Positions 25,701-37,700 of a DNA stretch of 64,000 nt are shown here, piece after piece. The stretch lies in assembly GCA_964106645.2 (NCBI GenBank), contig OZ067050.1; one strand, written 5' to 3'. The position numbers and the translations under genes were made by a program. The notes under the pieces are model-generated. The model saw only the letters and a list, made by a program, of their open reading frames with translations. It was not told the origin of the DNA and did no database searches. The stretch is from Podarcis pityusensis. Its lineage: Eukaryota. Each line of letters starts with the position of its first letter. Positions within the stretch are counted from its first letter, which is position 1.

Positions 25701-28700
25701 CAGGATCCAGAAGCTCCAAAGGGGGGTAGTTTTTCCATTAACTGAACTAGCATTTTAAAAGCAGTACCCTGATGGACCGCTGAAATTATTACAAGTGACA
25801 CTAAGGCAAAAGAAAACTGTTGTTCTCTATTACCCCTTTCCCTTCCCCATAAATTGTCCGATCCATTAATTGTCATACCACCCCCTGCCCCATATCACCC
25901 CTGATTTCAAGAGCTGCTCAAAAGCATCCTTTAGATGCAGCTATGAACCAGATAAAAAGACAAAAGCAGGTACAATAAAAACAGAAGCAGGTGATAATCG
26001 ATACAATTTTATGTCAATAAATACCAAACTGAATAGCCTAAAAGATGCTTTAAACTACACACAATACAGAGGCCAGAATAGTTTGCTTTCAAAAGGCAAG
26101 GCCATTGATGTTAAATGTCATCTTCCAACTCCCTTACCAGGTCCTATTTACAATGTCCCCAATTAGCCTCCTCTCATCAGAGTATTGGTTCGTTCTCCCA
26201 TTTTGCAATAGCGTTGCTGTTGCAGGTTGAAAATGTCCCTGCTCTTGTAATGAACCTGAAATGGCTTTGGAAGCACCTCCTACCCCCAGGAAGTAGCTGC
26301 AAATGGTGGAGCCACACTTTCAGAATAAAAAATTGCTCATGCCACACCAATTTTTTAATTGATAGGAAATACACTGGGAAACAAAAAGAAACAACTAGCA
26401 GATTTATAACGTAGAACACAGCAACTTTATAATATGATCATGGGACATCCAGAAAATATAAAAAAATGCAGCTAACATGAATCATTCCCACACACTTGAT
26501 GCTCTTGCTCTCATTTTGAAAAGATAGCTATCCATATTTTGCAAATAAACATTCTTATACTATGCTATACTACTGTACACTGAAATGTTTAAATATTTTA
26601 TTTAGCGTCCTTGAATCTTCCTGCCATTGTCCTCTCCTGCCACACCAGTGTAGAGCTCCACACCCTTTGAGAATCACGGTGTTTAAAGTGTCCAGAATGC
26701 TTTGCTTTCCTCCCATTTCCAGCAGCTGCTCAAATTACATCTGCTGTTGAATCCCTTTCCCTTGGGCCCATATTCCCATTTAAGGAATTCACATTCAGCC
26801 CTGAAACACTGTCCTTTGTCTCTCACTTAACATGCGCACGCACACCTATATCTATCAGTAATAAAGCATCATTGCCCTGGATAGCAATTTGCTTTGCCAG
26901 AAAGCCAGTTTTTAAGGTTCATCTCTACCGCTTACTCCCTTCTGCCAAGTCCTGTTGTCCCAGACACTACAGTCATCTTTAGCCTCTAAGGTTGGCACCT
27001 AGGGACCACTCAGTGGGCTGAGTTTGGCTCTGGGTTGCCAGTTGTTGGCCCCAATGGTACAGCACTGTTTCTCAAAGTTATTCATTAAGTCATCTTGACT
27101 TACACTGGCTATTAGGGTTCTGATTCCAAATATTTATATTGATGTTTAGAAACCTGCATTGGCAGGAGTCAGATGTTTGGAGGAGGGTGCAGCTCTGGAT
27201 GGGAAGCAGAAGAAGGCAAAATTCATGGCATGTACCAGGAACTGACTCTTTTTTGCTACTTTGCCCCTATAGAGAAAGAAAGATTATGAAATTGAGCTCT
27301 TGCGTTTCCTGGAGGTGAGTTTGCCACAGCATTCTGCCAAACTGTGTTACTAAGTTTTTTAGCAGCTCTTTTCTGTTACCCTTCCCATTCACACATACAG
27401 CTTGGGCCAGCTAAGAAAATGGACTTTGGTATGAGTGATTGGGACTGGGAGCATTAAGAAGGGTCATATTCTGGGTGAACATATAGCAGTGCCTTTCTGT
27501 GTACTCTGCAGTTCTTGATAACTGTTTTAAAAGCCTTGTCTAAAAAGACAGTGGGGTGCAATCCAGTTGGTTAAGCACTTTTAAATCTCATTGATTTCAG
27601 TGTCCACTAAACTCTCTCCTATTCGACCTTGAAATATTTGAATTGGATTGGTCTTAGGTTCCTCTGTGTAAACTTTTTTTGTCTAAATCTGAAAGATCAG
27701 GGTCACGCAGTCCGTAGTGATGAGGTCTCAACCCAGAAGGCCATGCTCCATTCCAAATCATATATTGCCTCTTGCATTGAAAGGACTGGATGCCCCGTTG
27801 CTGGTCAATTGGTGGAAACGGGATTGGTTCATAAAAGGAGAAGTGGTCTCCATTCAACATTTCCCCAAACCACGGTTTGCATTAACAACAATTTAAAATC
27901 TAAACAGTGGTTTAGAGTTGCTTCTCTGCTTACGGTGTGTTAATCCAGGCATCAACCCAAAAATGTTAACTTAATTTAACAGTACTTCTTTATAAATTAA
28001 GCCACTGACTTCAAATGCATGTGATCCCAGGTCACTTAGACTTTCAAAATGATAGCCAGCACAGTTGTTTTAGAATAGTCGGTAAGTGTCTCTCTTTCTG
28101 CACTAGAATGAATAATGCATTCTGTGAGAACTAAGCTGCCAGTTGGTTTTCAGTACCAAGTACTGGTACCTTTTTTTTGTGGGGAGGAGAATGAAGCAGC
28201 CAATGCCCATGCTAGGCTGCTGACTTAATTTCCCGGAAATCTTAAGCTGCTTGGGTGAAAGTGGGCAGCCACGTTCTGCACTACCTGAAGATGCTTCCAA
28301 ACTATGTATACATTAATCTACTAGATATATGGGGAAAGGCAGAGAGAGAATGAAAAATAGTCAAAACTCCTTATTTTGTTATTTTGCCATTTCCTCCAAA
28401 ATTCAGAGCTTACCTGAAGAAGAACAGCAGAGGGTTCTGGGAGAGGAGAAGATGCTGGGAGTAAACAAGAAAGGTGCCACCAGCCCTGCCTCTAAAAAGA
28501 CTTCACCAGATGCCAGCAAGGTGAGTGACGCATACAGGCTAGGGCAACAAGCAGGATGCGTTGTGGGTATGGATACATTTTTTACATTTAGAGCAGTGGA
28601 GCAAATCTACTTTTAAACCAGCCTCAAGACTTCATGTAAAATGGCTGCTGGGATTCCTTTGGAAATTTGATAGTAAAAATGAGAACAAAAACTAATCCCT

Positions 28701-31700
28701 CTTGAAGGTTTCCTTATGTGCGTGTGGTATCCAACATTAGTCATACTTGGGATGGGCCCACTGAAATCAAATTGACTGAAATGATTTTTAAGTATATTGA
28801 TTTTAATGGGTCTACTCCAGAGTACAATTAATGTTAGCTATCTCCCTATATGTATATAATAAGTAGAACTGTCAGCCGGTTTAAAGAATATTTCATTGAT
28901 TTAATCATCTGCCTTATGTTCAAGTAACTGATTGATCTGATTAAAATAAATTTGCTTATGACCAACAAAAGTCCAATATTTGTCAGATACTGAAGGAAGT
29001 GTTAGATAATTGACAGTAAAATAATAAGTTACCATTCTCATTGTTGTATATAAACACCCATCTTCGCTTTTTTTATTTCTTTCCAATTCCCTTTGTTCAT
29101 TACAATAATGCACCTGAACCAAAACAGCCTCAAAAGATAAACATGCTTTTAACTTGCAGTTCCACCAATTAAAAATTGATCTTGCTGGTAAAAATTGCCT
29201 CCCCCCATTGATTAATCAACTAAAGTGTTAGCTGGCTGATCTACTAGGAATACTTTGCAGCCCATAAAATAAGGCCACCTTCCCCAGTTTTTGCTCTTTT
29301 TATTATTATTTTCTTTTTTCCATAACGCTTTTAAAAAAGAACAAAAGATACAAACTCAAAATTCCACAACCACGAGTCCCTTTGTGCTCTTTAACAGGGA
29401 GGTTCTGAGAAACCCAAACGGCCCGTTTCTGCTATGTTTATCTTCTCGGAGGAGAAACGCAAGCAGCTGCAGGAGGAGCGACCCGAACTGTCGGAGAGCG
29501 AACTGACCCGGCTGCTGGCGCGGATGTGGAATGATCTTTCAGAGAAAAAAAAGGTTGTTGAATCAATAATGCACATTCTCCTTAACCATCTTTTTGGGGG
29601 GAAGGTGTGGGGAAACATGTACTCCTGGGTATCTCAAAAAGTCAGCTGGGTGGTTTTCCCCCCCTGTTGACTTAGATCAGAGGTAGCCATCATGACGCCT
29701 TTCATATGTTCCTGGACTCCCAGTTCCCATCAGCCCCAACCAGCATGGCCAAGGGTTAGGGATGATGGGAGTGGTAGTCTGACAACATCTGGAGGGCACC
29801 ACATTGACTACCCCTGACTTGGATGAAACCAGGATCTTGACCCACTCCCTCACCCTTAAAAAAAAGAAAAGAAGAGGAAACAAAATCTGCTAGAAACCCC
29901 ACAGAAGGTTCTGAACATTCCCAAGCCTTCGCTTCCCTCTAGAAGCCACCAAGCAGCTCTGTTAACAGTCTGGATGCTCCTACCATTCCATCTTGCGTTA
30001 CCTCTGCTCATTTTTTTCCACCAGCTTGGGAAGGGGGAAGGAGCCAGACTCTGTCAGTGCGTTCCCTTAGTGTGAGAGTGGATGCAATAAAAAAACCCCA
30101 TTTTGCGTTCTTTTGTACTATTTGCCTCCCAGTACAGCTGTGAATACACATGGAGTCAAATGGGAGAGGTCTTGAGGCTTGGTTTAGATGCCTGAGAAAG
30201 AGGGTCTTGGGATCCTTGTGGGAGTTAGCTGGACACCTTAATATGGGTCATTGGTGGACAGGGAAAGTAGTTGCACTTGGGAGATGGGGTTTGTTGTTGC
30301 TGTGTATATGCCTTAAAAGGCTAACTTTGGGTGATGACAGATGACTAGATATCAAGCAGTACTTTCCTACGGTGGGCATAACATGTGGGACGCCGGAGCA
30401 GCATCCACCCACATGCCAAAGAATGTCACCACAGATTTGCAGCCGATCAAAAATCCAATAAAAAGCAGGGGTGGGGTTCTCCTTCCTTCATGAATAGCAT
30501 TACATCATGTATTTGGGTTTATTTGCTTTGTTTTATTCCTTTATTGCATTTATAGTCTACCTTTCTTCCAAGGGCCTCAAGGTGGCATACATGGCTCTTC
30601 ACCTTTCCATATTTTTCTCACAACAACCTTGTGAGGTAGGTTAGGCTGAGAGTTGGTGTAACCTTGAGGCCTAGAAACATGCATAAAACCTGGGTGAACA
30701 TTTGTATTATTGGGTACCTCAGTTGTGATTGCTCCAGCCATATGTTCCTAGTTGGCACTGTCCACCGAAATTTGTCATTGAAACTACAGGGTATACCTTA
30801 TTTTCATATTGTTAATCTGCATAAAGATACATAAAGTTTGTCTGTATTGCTTTGTTTTTCATTAACCTGCATCTGTACCAGGCCCATACTTGACATGTTC
30901 AAACCTCTCTGCAGCTGTTTTCTAGTACTGGAAAGGCACATTCAGGAGTGAGAGATCTGAAGCTCTAAAGCAAGAGTCATTAACCTTTGGCCTTCCAGCT
31001 ATTTCTGGACTAGACCTTCCATTGACCATGCTAGCTGGGGCCAATGGAAGTTCCGTTCCAGCAACATCTGGAGTGCCACAGCTTAGTCAAACCTGCTCTA
31101 GGGAGTGTAGCTTCAAATCTTCAGCTCTAATAATGTCTGTCTTTAAGGTTACATCTGTGCACAGAAAGAGGTATACATCCACAAGACTCCTTGAATTTAG
31201 CACTTTAAAAATATTAGTTTGTGCTGATTTTACTGCATCTCCCACATTATAAAAAAGAGATAATTTTAAAGGCAGAAATATGTTTTTTGGGTGAAAGCTG
31301 TGAAGAATAACTGGTTTTAATGGGGGAAAGAAAAAATGATAAATGACCTTATGGTACAACAAAAGTGCAATGTTTGTTTTTATCTTGCAAATAATTAAAT
31401 AGCAGAAATTTGGTTGCTGTTCATAAAAGCAGTTAGATAGCTTGCTAACCATGTTTTTAATGTACTAACAGAGAAACTTCCTTACAAGAAAACCTGCAAC
31501 TCATGCAGAACAAAAAAATAAAATACAGGGTCTTTCAAGAGGACACACATACAATGTTTTGTTCTATATGTTTTTCGAAAGTGCTGGGTCAGGCTTATAG
31601 TGGGACTCACATAAATTGAGCTCCTGCTGTCCTCCTGCAAGTGCAGGTCACAAGGCTGTTCAGAGTTTTTTAACCACCTTAATTTGTGTCCAGAAGCTAA

Positions 31701-34700
31701 TAGATTGGCCCATAACTGATTATTATGCTTTGGTTTAAAACCTGCTGTTCCTCCGGTTTAACAGCTTTCTTCCTCAAAATCTGTGTCACAGACGTGGGGG
31801 AGAACCACTGCATCATTAAGCCACACACTCTCCAAAACACAGTTTCAGTGCTTAACTTTTTTCCCCCAGCCAGCCTGGTTTTCTGTGTTTCTTACCAATC
31901 AGTAATGGGTTTTGCAAAGATTTTGACCATGTGTGTTGTTTTCTAGGCCAAGTACAAAGCTCGCGAGGCTGCCATGAAAGCTCAGACAGAAAAGAAGCAT
32001 GGTTCCGACAAGGAGGATCGCGGCAAACTTCCCGAGTCACCGAAAACAGCCGAGGAGATCTGGCAGCAGAGTGTCATTGGAGATTATCTTGCTCGCTTTA
32101 AGGTAAAGTGGGACAGCAGAGGCCTAGTTTCATAATGGAATGACCTGCAGTGTGTCAGTAGCAAGATACGTGAGTGACAAAGCAGAGAGTCGTATAGCTT
32201 TGACTTGCTCCAAAATAGAGGCAGGAGTCTGCAGCGGGGGGTGGGGTGGGGGGCTGACTGACAACATGTCTTGGAGAGGAGTGCCATCTGAGGAGGTGGT
32301 GTCCAGCTTGGAATTTACTTCAGAGACTCAAGAAGGAGATGAACAAGGGGCAGCTCCCATCTGGTGGGTGTCAGGAGGAAGAATGTCAAATCAGATGAGC
32401 TGTGCTAATGGGAACTGTGGCTGTAAATAGGGCTGATGTTATTATTGCCATTGAATTGATCAACTGTAATTTGAGGGTTGGTAGCATGAGCCAAAGGCGT
32501 GCAAGTCTTCCCTTGTGAGGAAAGGGCATGAGATCTGACCCCTGGTTTGCACGCTGCACAACTTATGCAATGACCAGCGTAGAACGTGGGTTATCAGGTA
32601 AGCAACCTGCCTTTTTCAGGTGGTAGCTGGCATGAAGTTAGGATAGAAGTGGTGGGCTCAAAGTGGGGAGTTGTCTGAGCTCTGCACTTTTATGGAGTCC
32701 ATGACAGTATATAGTAGCAGCTGTCCTTCTGCTTCAGAATGACCGAGGGAAAGCACTAAAAGCCATGGAAGCCACCTGGAACAACATGGAGAAGAAGGAG
32801 AAGCTGATGTGGATCAAGAAGGCAGCAGAAGATCAGAAACGATACGAGGTTGGTCAGGCTTTAAAAAAAAAAAAAACCACCCCACCTAGTATTTTTCGCT
32901 TCAGTGTGATTGCACTGCATCGAGTGTGTGCGTGTGCACGGTTTCCACAGGAATGCAGAAAAACAGTCCTGTGTGTGGTACTGGGCACAGAATATCAACT
33001 TCCAAAAAACCAGCCAGTTTCTGGCTGTATGGAGATATGCTTAAATGTAAGTGGCTTGTGCTTCCTGCCAGTGAAATGGTGGAATACGATTATGCATAAT
33101 TACACAGATTACATACATTCTCTTGTCTTTTCTTGGCTCAGAATCTGGATTGCCAGAGTTCTAAATTTTAATTAATTTTCTCTAGCAACTTGTATACACA
33201 GCTCCTCTGTTTTACAGCTCAGGAGTGGGAGCCATTGGTTTCTGCTCCAGATTTCTGCACTCTTGTAAATGAGACAAGAAAGTTACTAGCCTGCCAGGAG
33301 CTAGCAGAAGAGAGACAGACAACTCCATTCTTCTTGTAGCAGCCTGCTTGGTTCTGTACTGGGCTCAGAGAAGGAGCAGGGCACTCAATTTCTTCTTGGT
33401 TTGCGTACCCTGCATGTAATTCCTTGCCACCTCTGGCTAGGAGGTTAATACTTAAAATACAAGGTTGAAGCTCTGTATACATTTCTTGGTAGGTAGCTTT
33501 CTGGGTTGTTGAAGAAAGCTAGCAAATGTCCAATGTTTGCCTCATTGAAGGCTTAGGCATCTGCATGAAATAGGAAGGCAGGGCAGCCTTTTTAATTTTT
33601 CTGACATTTTTCATTGAGCTGGACCAGGCTTCTCAGCTTTGTAATTCTGTTTCTTCTTTATTTTGTTCTGCAGCGAGAACTGAGTGAGATGAGGGCGCCA
33701 CCATGCACAACAAATTCCTCCAAGAAGATGAAATTCCAGGGTGAGCCGAAGAAACCCCCCATGTGAGTATTACCATTGTTTTAAAAAGAAAAAAGCAGGG
33801 TTGTATGTGTGTGCTTATATGTTTTGTGTTCTGAGTTGTGGTTATGGCTTACAAACGCACAGTGGTGAGGAATCAGTGGCCTTCCTGAAGTTAAGTCAAC
33901 TTCAGTAGGTGGATAATTGATTAGTTTAAAGGCAATCTATAAATACTGTAAATAAAATAAAATAAAAGTTCACCATACGTAACTGAAGCACAATTAACAT
34001 TTCTGGAAGCCCAAGATCATATTAAAACTGATGAACCAAAACCAAACAGCAGCAACAGAATAACTTCTAAAAAGGCTTAATTCTCCAAAAGAGAAGTGAA
34101 GTTTCTGAATGGAGCCAAGAGCCAAGAGAAAAAAACAGTTGAGCTTCCTAGGAGATGCCATTTGAGTTCTGTGGCTACCACTGAAAAGATCTGTTCCTTG
34201 TGGAGAGCAGGGTGGCATCCAGAGAGTGCCTGTGCTTGCATATCGTACTCAACCATGGTTATGTGCATGAGCAAGAAGGAACCACCACAAGCCTTTTCTC
34301 AGTATACCTTTTCCCTCCTTCCATGTGACTGGGAGGAGGATTTTGCAGAGCTGCATTCCACCACAGAAGGAACCACCACAAGCCTTTTCTCAGTATACCT
34401 TTTCCCTCCTTCCATGTGACTGGGAGGAGGATTTTGCAGAGCTGCATTCCACTTTCCACAAAATCTGACTTACCATTTCTTATGAAATGGCGATAAGAGT
34501 GTAAAACAAATTGGTAAGTTTCCAAACAAACCAAAGTTTGTTTGGAAGCTCTTAAGGGCAGTGGGCAGGTTCCGGCTGCTCCTTTCTGCCTCTGAAACCA
34601 TGGTTTAGCAATGCATGTGAACCCATACCACTGAGTTTTCCAGTATATTAAATAGATCCTGCCAACAGTCCTGCTGTCTTTCTTCCTCCTGCCCATTTAC

Positions 34701-37700
34701 CTGTAACTTCTCTCTTTTGTGTCCTCCCCAGGAACGGGTATCAGAAGTTTTCTCAGGAGCTGCTTTCAAATGGTGAACTTAACCATCTTCCTCTGAAGGA
34801 GCGGATGGTGGAGATCGGAAGCCGCTGGCAGCGCATCTCTCAGAGCCAAAAGGAACAGTACAAGAAGTTGGCCGAAGAGCAGCAGAAACAGTACAAAGTA
34901 CACCTGGATATGTGGCTCAAGGTGAGCTGTCAGTTGGGGGAAGGCACAAGAACAGGTAGCAGCTCCTTGAGAAGATCAGAGTGTTAGCAGTGAAGCGTCC
35001 GTGTGAAAGCCTTCCAAGTCAAGCCATATTGACATTTGACTCTTGTTCTGCAACCAAAGACTTTCAATCTGTATGAAATTCTGCTCATCCCCAGTTCCTA
35101 TCAGCAACATAAGCGTCCTAGACACTGTGTGAGCTTTCCCCACCTCTCATCTGTCCTCTGGCCTCATGGATCATCCTGCCACACAGCGCTCTCGCATGTT
35201 CGTATACCTTGTCTGAGGTTTTGTTCTGTGTTTTCTCTGCAACCCAAATCAAACTTCCTCTACCCTGACAGCATCTGCTTAGGCTTTTAGCATTTTCAGC
35301 CCTCCATTCCCTGCCTGTAAAATGGGAATAATTGTTCATAGGGCAGAACTCATTGAAGGACAGCCAGGGGCTTGCAAGAAGTGTCATATTAAAGTGCTGG
35401 CAAGGAATGATTCATCTGTGGTAATTATAATCTGGTTGCTTTATGTAGGGACTATAATCAATCCATCTTCTCCCACTCCCCATGTTTTGAATCACCTCCA
35501 TAACATGCTTAATATTGGCTTCTCACTCCTCCCCCTTCTGTCTTCTCTGCAGAGTTTGTCGCCACAGGAGAGAGCTGTGTACAAGGAACATACTTCCAAC
35601 GTAGGTATCTTGCAAGTGTTTGGAGGGGACTGGCAGGGGTATTTTTTCAACCTGACCTCTGAAATACAGTATAGCTTGGAAGTGAAAGGAAGGGAATCTC
35701 TTCATGCCTGAAGTCTAGGGGTTCCATGTTCTGTAACTCTGGTTAGGTCAGAAATGAGGAACCTTTGGTCCCCCCCCCCCCAAGAAAAAGCTTCATTTTT
35801 GTCTGTATGGAAGCTGGAGATGGGTATGCGAGTGTAGAAACCAGCCTGTTGTACAAATGTAAACATTACATTCATTGTTATGTCCACTTGCCTCTGGCTC
35901 CTCCTACCAGTGGCATTCCCAGAAGGAAATGTGGCCCTCTGACTGAAAAGGGATACCTATCCCAGCAGGACGTGCATCAGATAAAAGTGTACCAGTTACA
36001 GTTTGAAAGCTGCTCTGAATTAAACAGGGTATTTATGGTTATTGAATTGGTACATTTTGATTTAATAATAGGATAGATTTCCAGGATGTTATAAAAACTC
36101 TTGAGTAGAAAAAGCTTAAGTTGCCTTTGTATTTTCCTCCTGCTGCTTGTTTTAACATTTTTGGCATCAAGTCTTCAGAATCTAGTGCCACAAAAACTAG
36201 ATAGTTTGTCAGGGGCACATTTGATTTTTGCTAGAAATGGAGGATTGGGGAAGGGGCAGGCTAGATACTAGCTTGCTGAAAAGAATGCAAGTGTTTTCCT
36301 TGCCACTGGTGCTGTCATGGGTGCCACATAATAATAAACCCATTTTACATTTATAGAAATCTTTTAGTGTGGCAGCACCAACACTTTGGAACTCCCTGCT
36401 TATTGACATCAGGCAGGCACTTTCACTGTACTGTACTGTACTGTATTTGGCACCTGCTAAAAACATTTTTGCTTAGGCAAGCCTACCCAGATACCAAGAA
36501 CATTGATGTATGTTTTAATCTGTTTATTGCTGATTTTAATTTTTTAAGAGTTCTAAATTGTTGTTAATTACTTTTAGCAATAATGTTATTGTTTTATTCT
36601 TTTTGCAAACTGCTTTGAGGGTTCTTTCTTTTTTTTACAATCAAACAGTATATAAATTTTATGAAAATAAATAAATGTTATAAATTTTATGAAATAAATA
36701 AATGTTGACTCCTCCCCCCCTTTTTCTAACACTGCCCCCTCCCACTTGTATCTCAACAGAAACGCAAGAACATGGGGAAGATGCGAGGCCCAAATCCTAA
36801 GATGAAGCCCTCAGTGCAGTCCAAGTCAGTAAGTGCTTTAACACTTCTTCCTCTTCATCATGCAGCTGTTACCCACAGTGGAATAATCCAGGGAAGCTTG
36901 TTCCAAGGTTTGCCTTTGGCTGATTTAATGAAGCCATTTTGAAAGTGTTAAAACTGACCACAGGAACTCTGCTTTCTTTCTCAACTGGTCTGGTAAAGCA
37001 TTGCAAATTATTGTAAAAGTCCTTGCTTGCTTGCTTCTTATTTCTAACAGGGGAGGGAGCCAAATTCTATGCAGGTGATTGATCTGATGGCTGGGGCCCA
37101 CTGATCTTATACTGGGAAGGAGAGATGCAATCTCCCTATAGTTAGTTATATGGTAGGGTTGCCATACGTCCAGAATTTCCCAGACGTAGCCAGAATACTG
37201 CAGTCGGAAGCAGTGTCTGGGTGTAAATTGCTAAAATTTCCAAGGGAAATCCGGACGTATGGCAACCCATGTTGGCAGTGTCTTTTTTGCCGATTAACTT
37301 TAAAAATAGCTCAAAAACATCATTTTTAGCTCAACAGCTTTGCCAAGTAAAGCTCAACAACCCCGTTATAGGGAATGTAGTTTTTTCCCCCTCTGTAGCT
37401 AAGGGGTTCAAGTAACTTTGCTTCCATGAGCATCAGTTGATTCGCATGACAACTTGTGGGATGGATTTTTAAAATTATTAGTCTCATGAAGATGATGTTT
37501 GGATGGGGGGAGGTTTTCTGCTGCACTTCAGGTGCTGATAGCTGGAGAGCTGTTTGCTCTTCAGACCCTTTTGCTTTTCTTTCTTTCATTTTGGTCTTCT
37601 CCACTTTCCTTAAGTGGGCATGCTTGAAGTTGCAAATGTAAAAATCCTGGAGCTCTTGAGCATTTCATTAAAAATAAAACAGTGGTGCAGTAGTTAATTT

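Noticed and set aside
34274-34452. Analogy to leukaemic UBTF tandem duplications
   Set aside because: This duplication is intronic (intron 16), not in exon 13, and leaves the protein unchanged.
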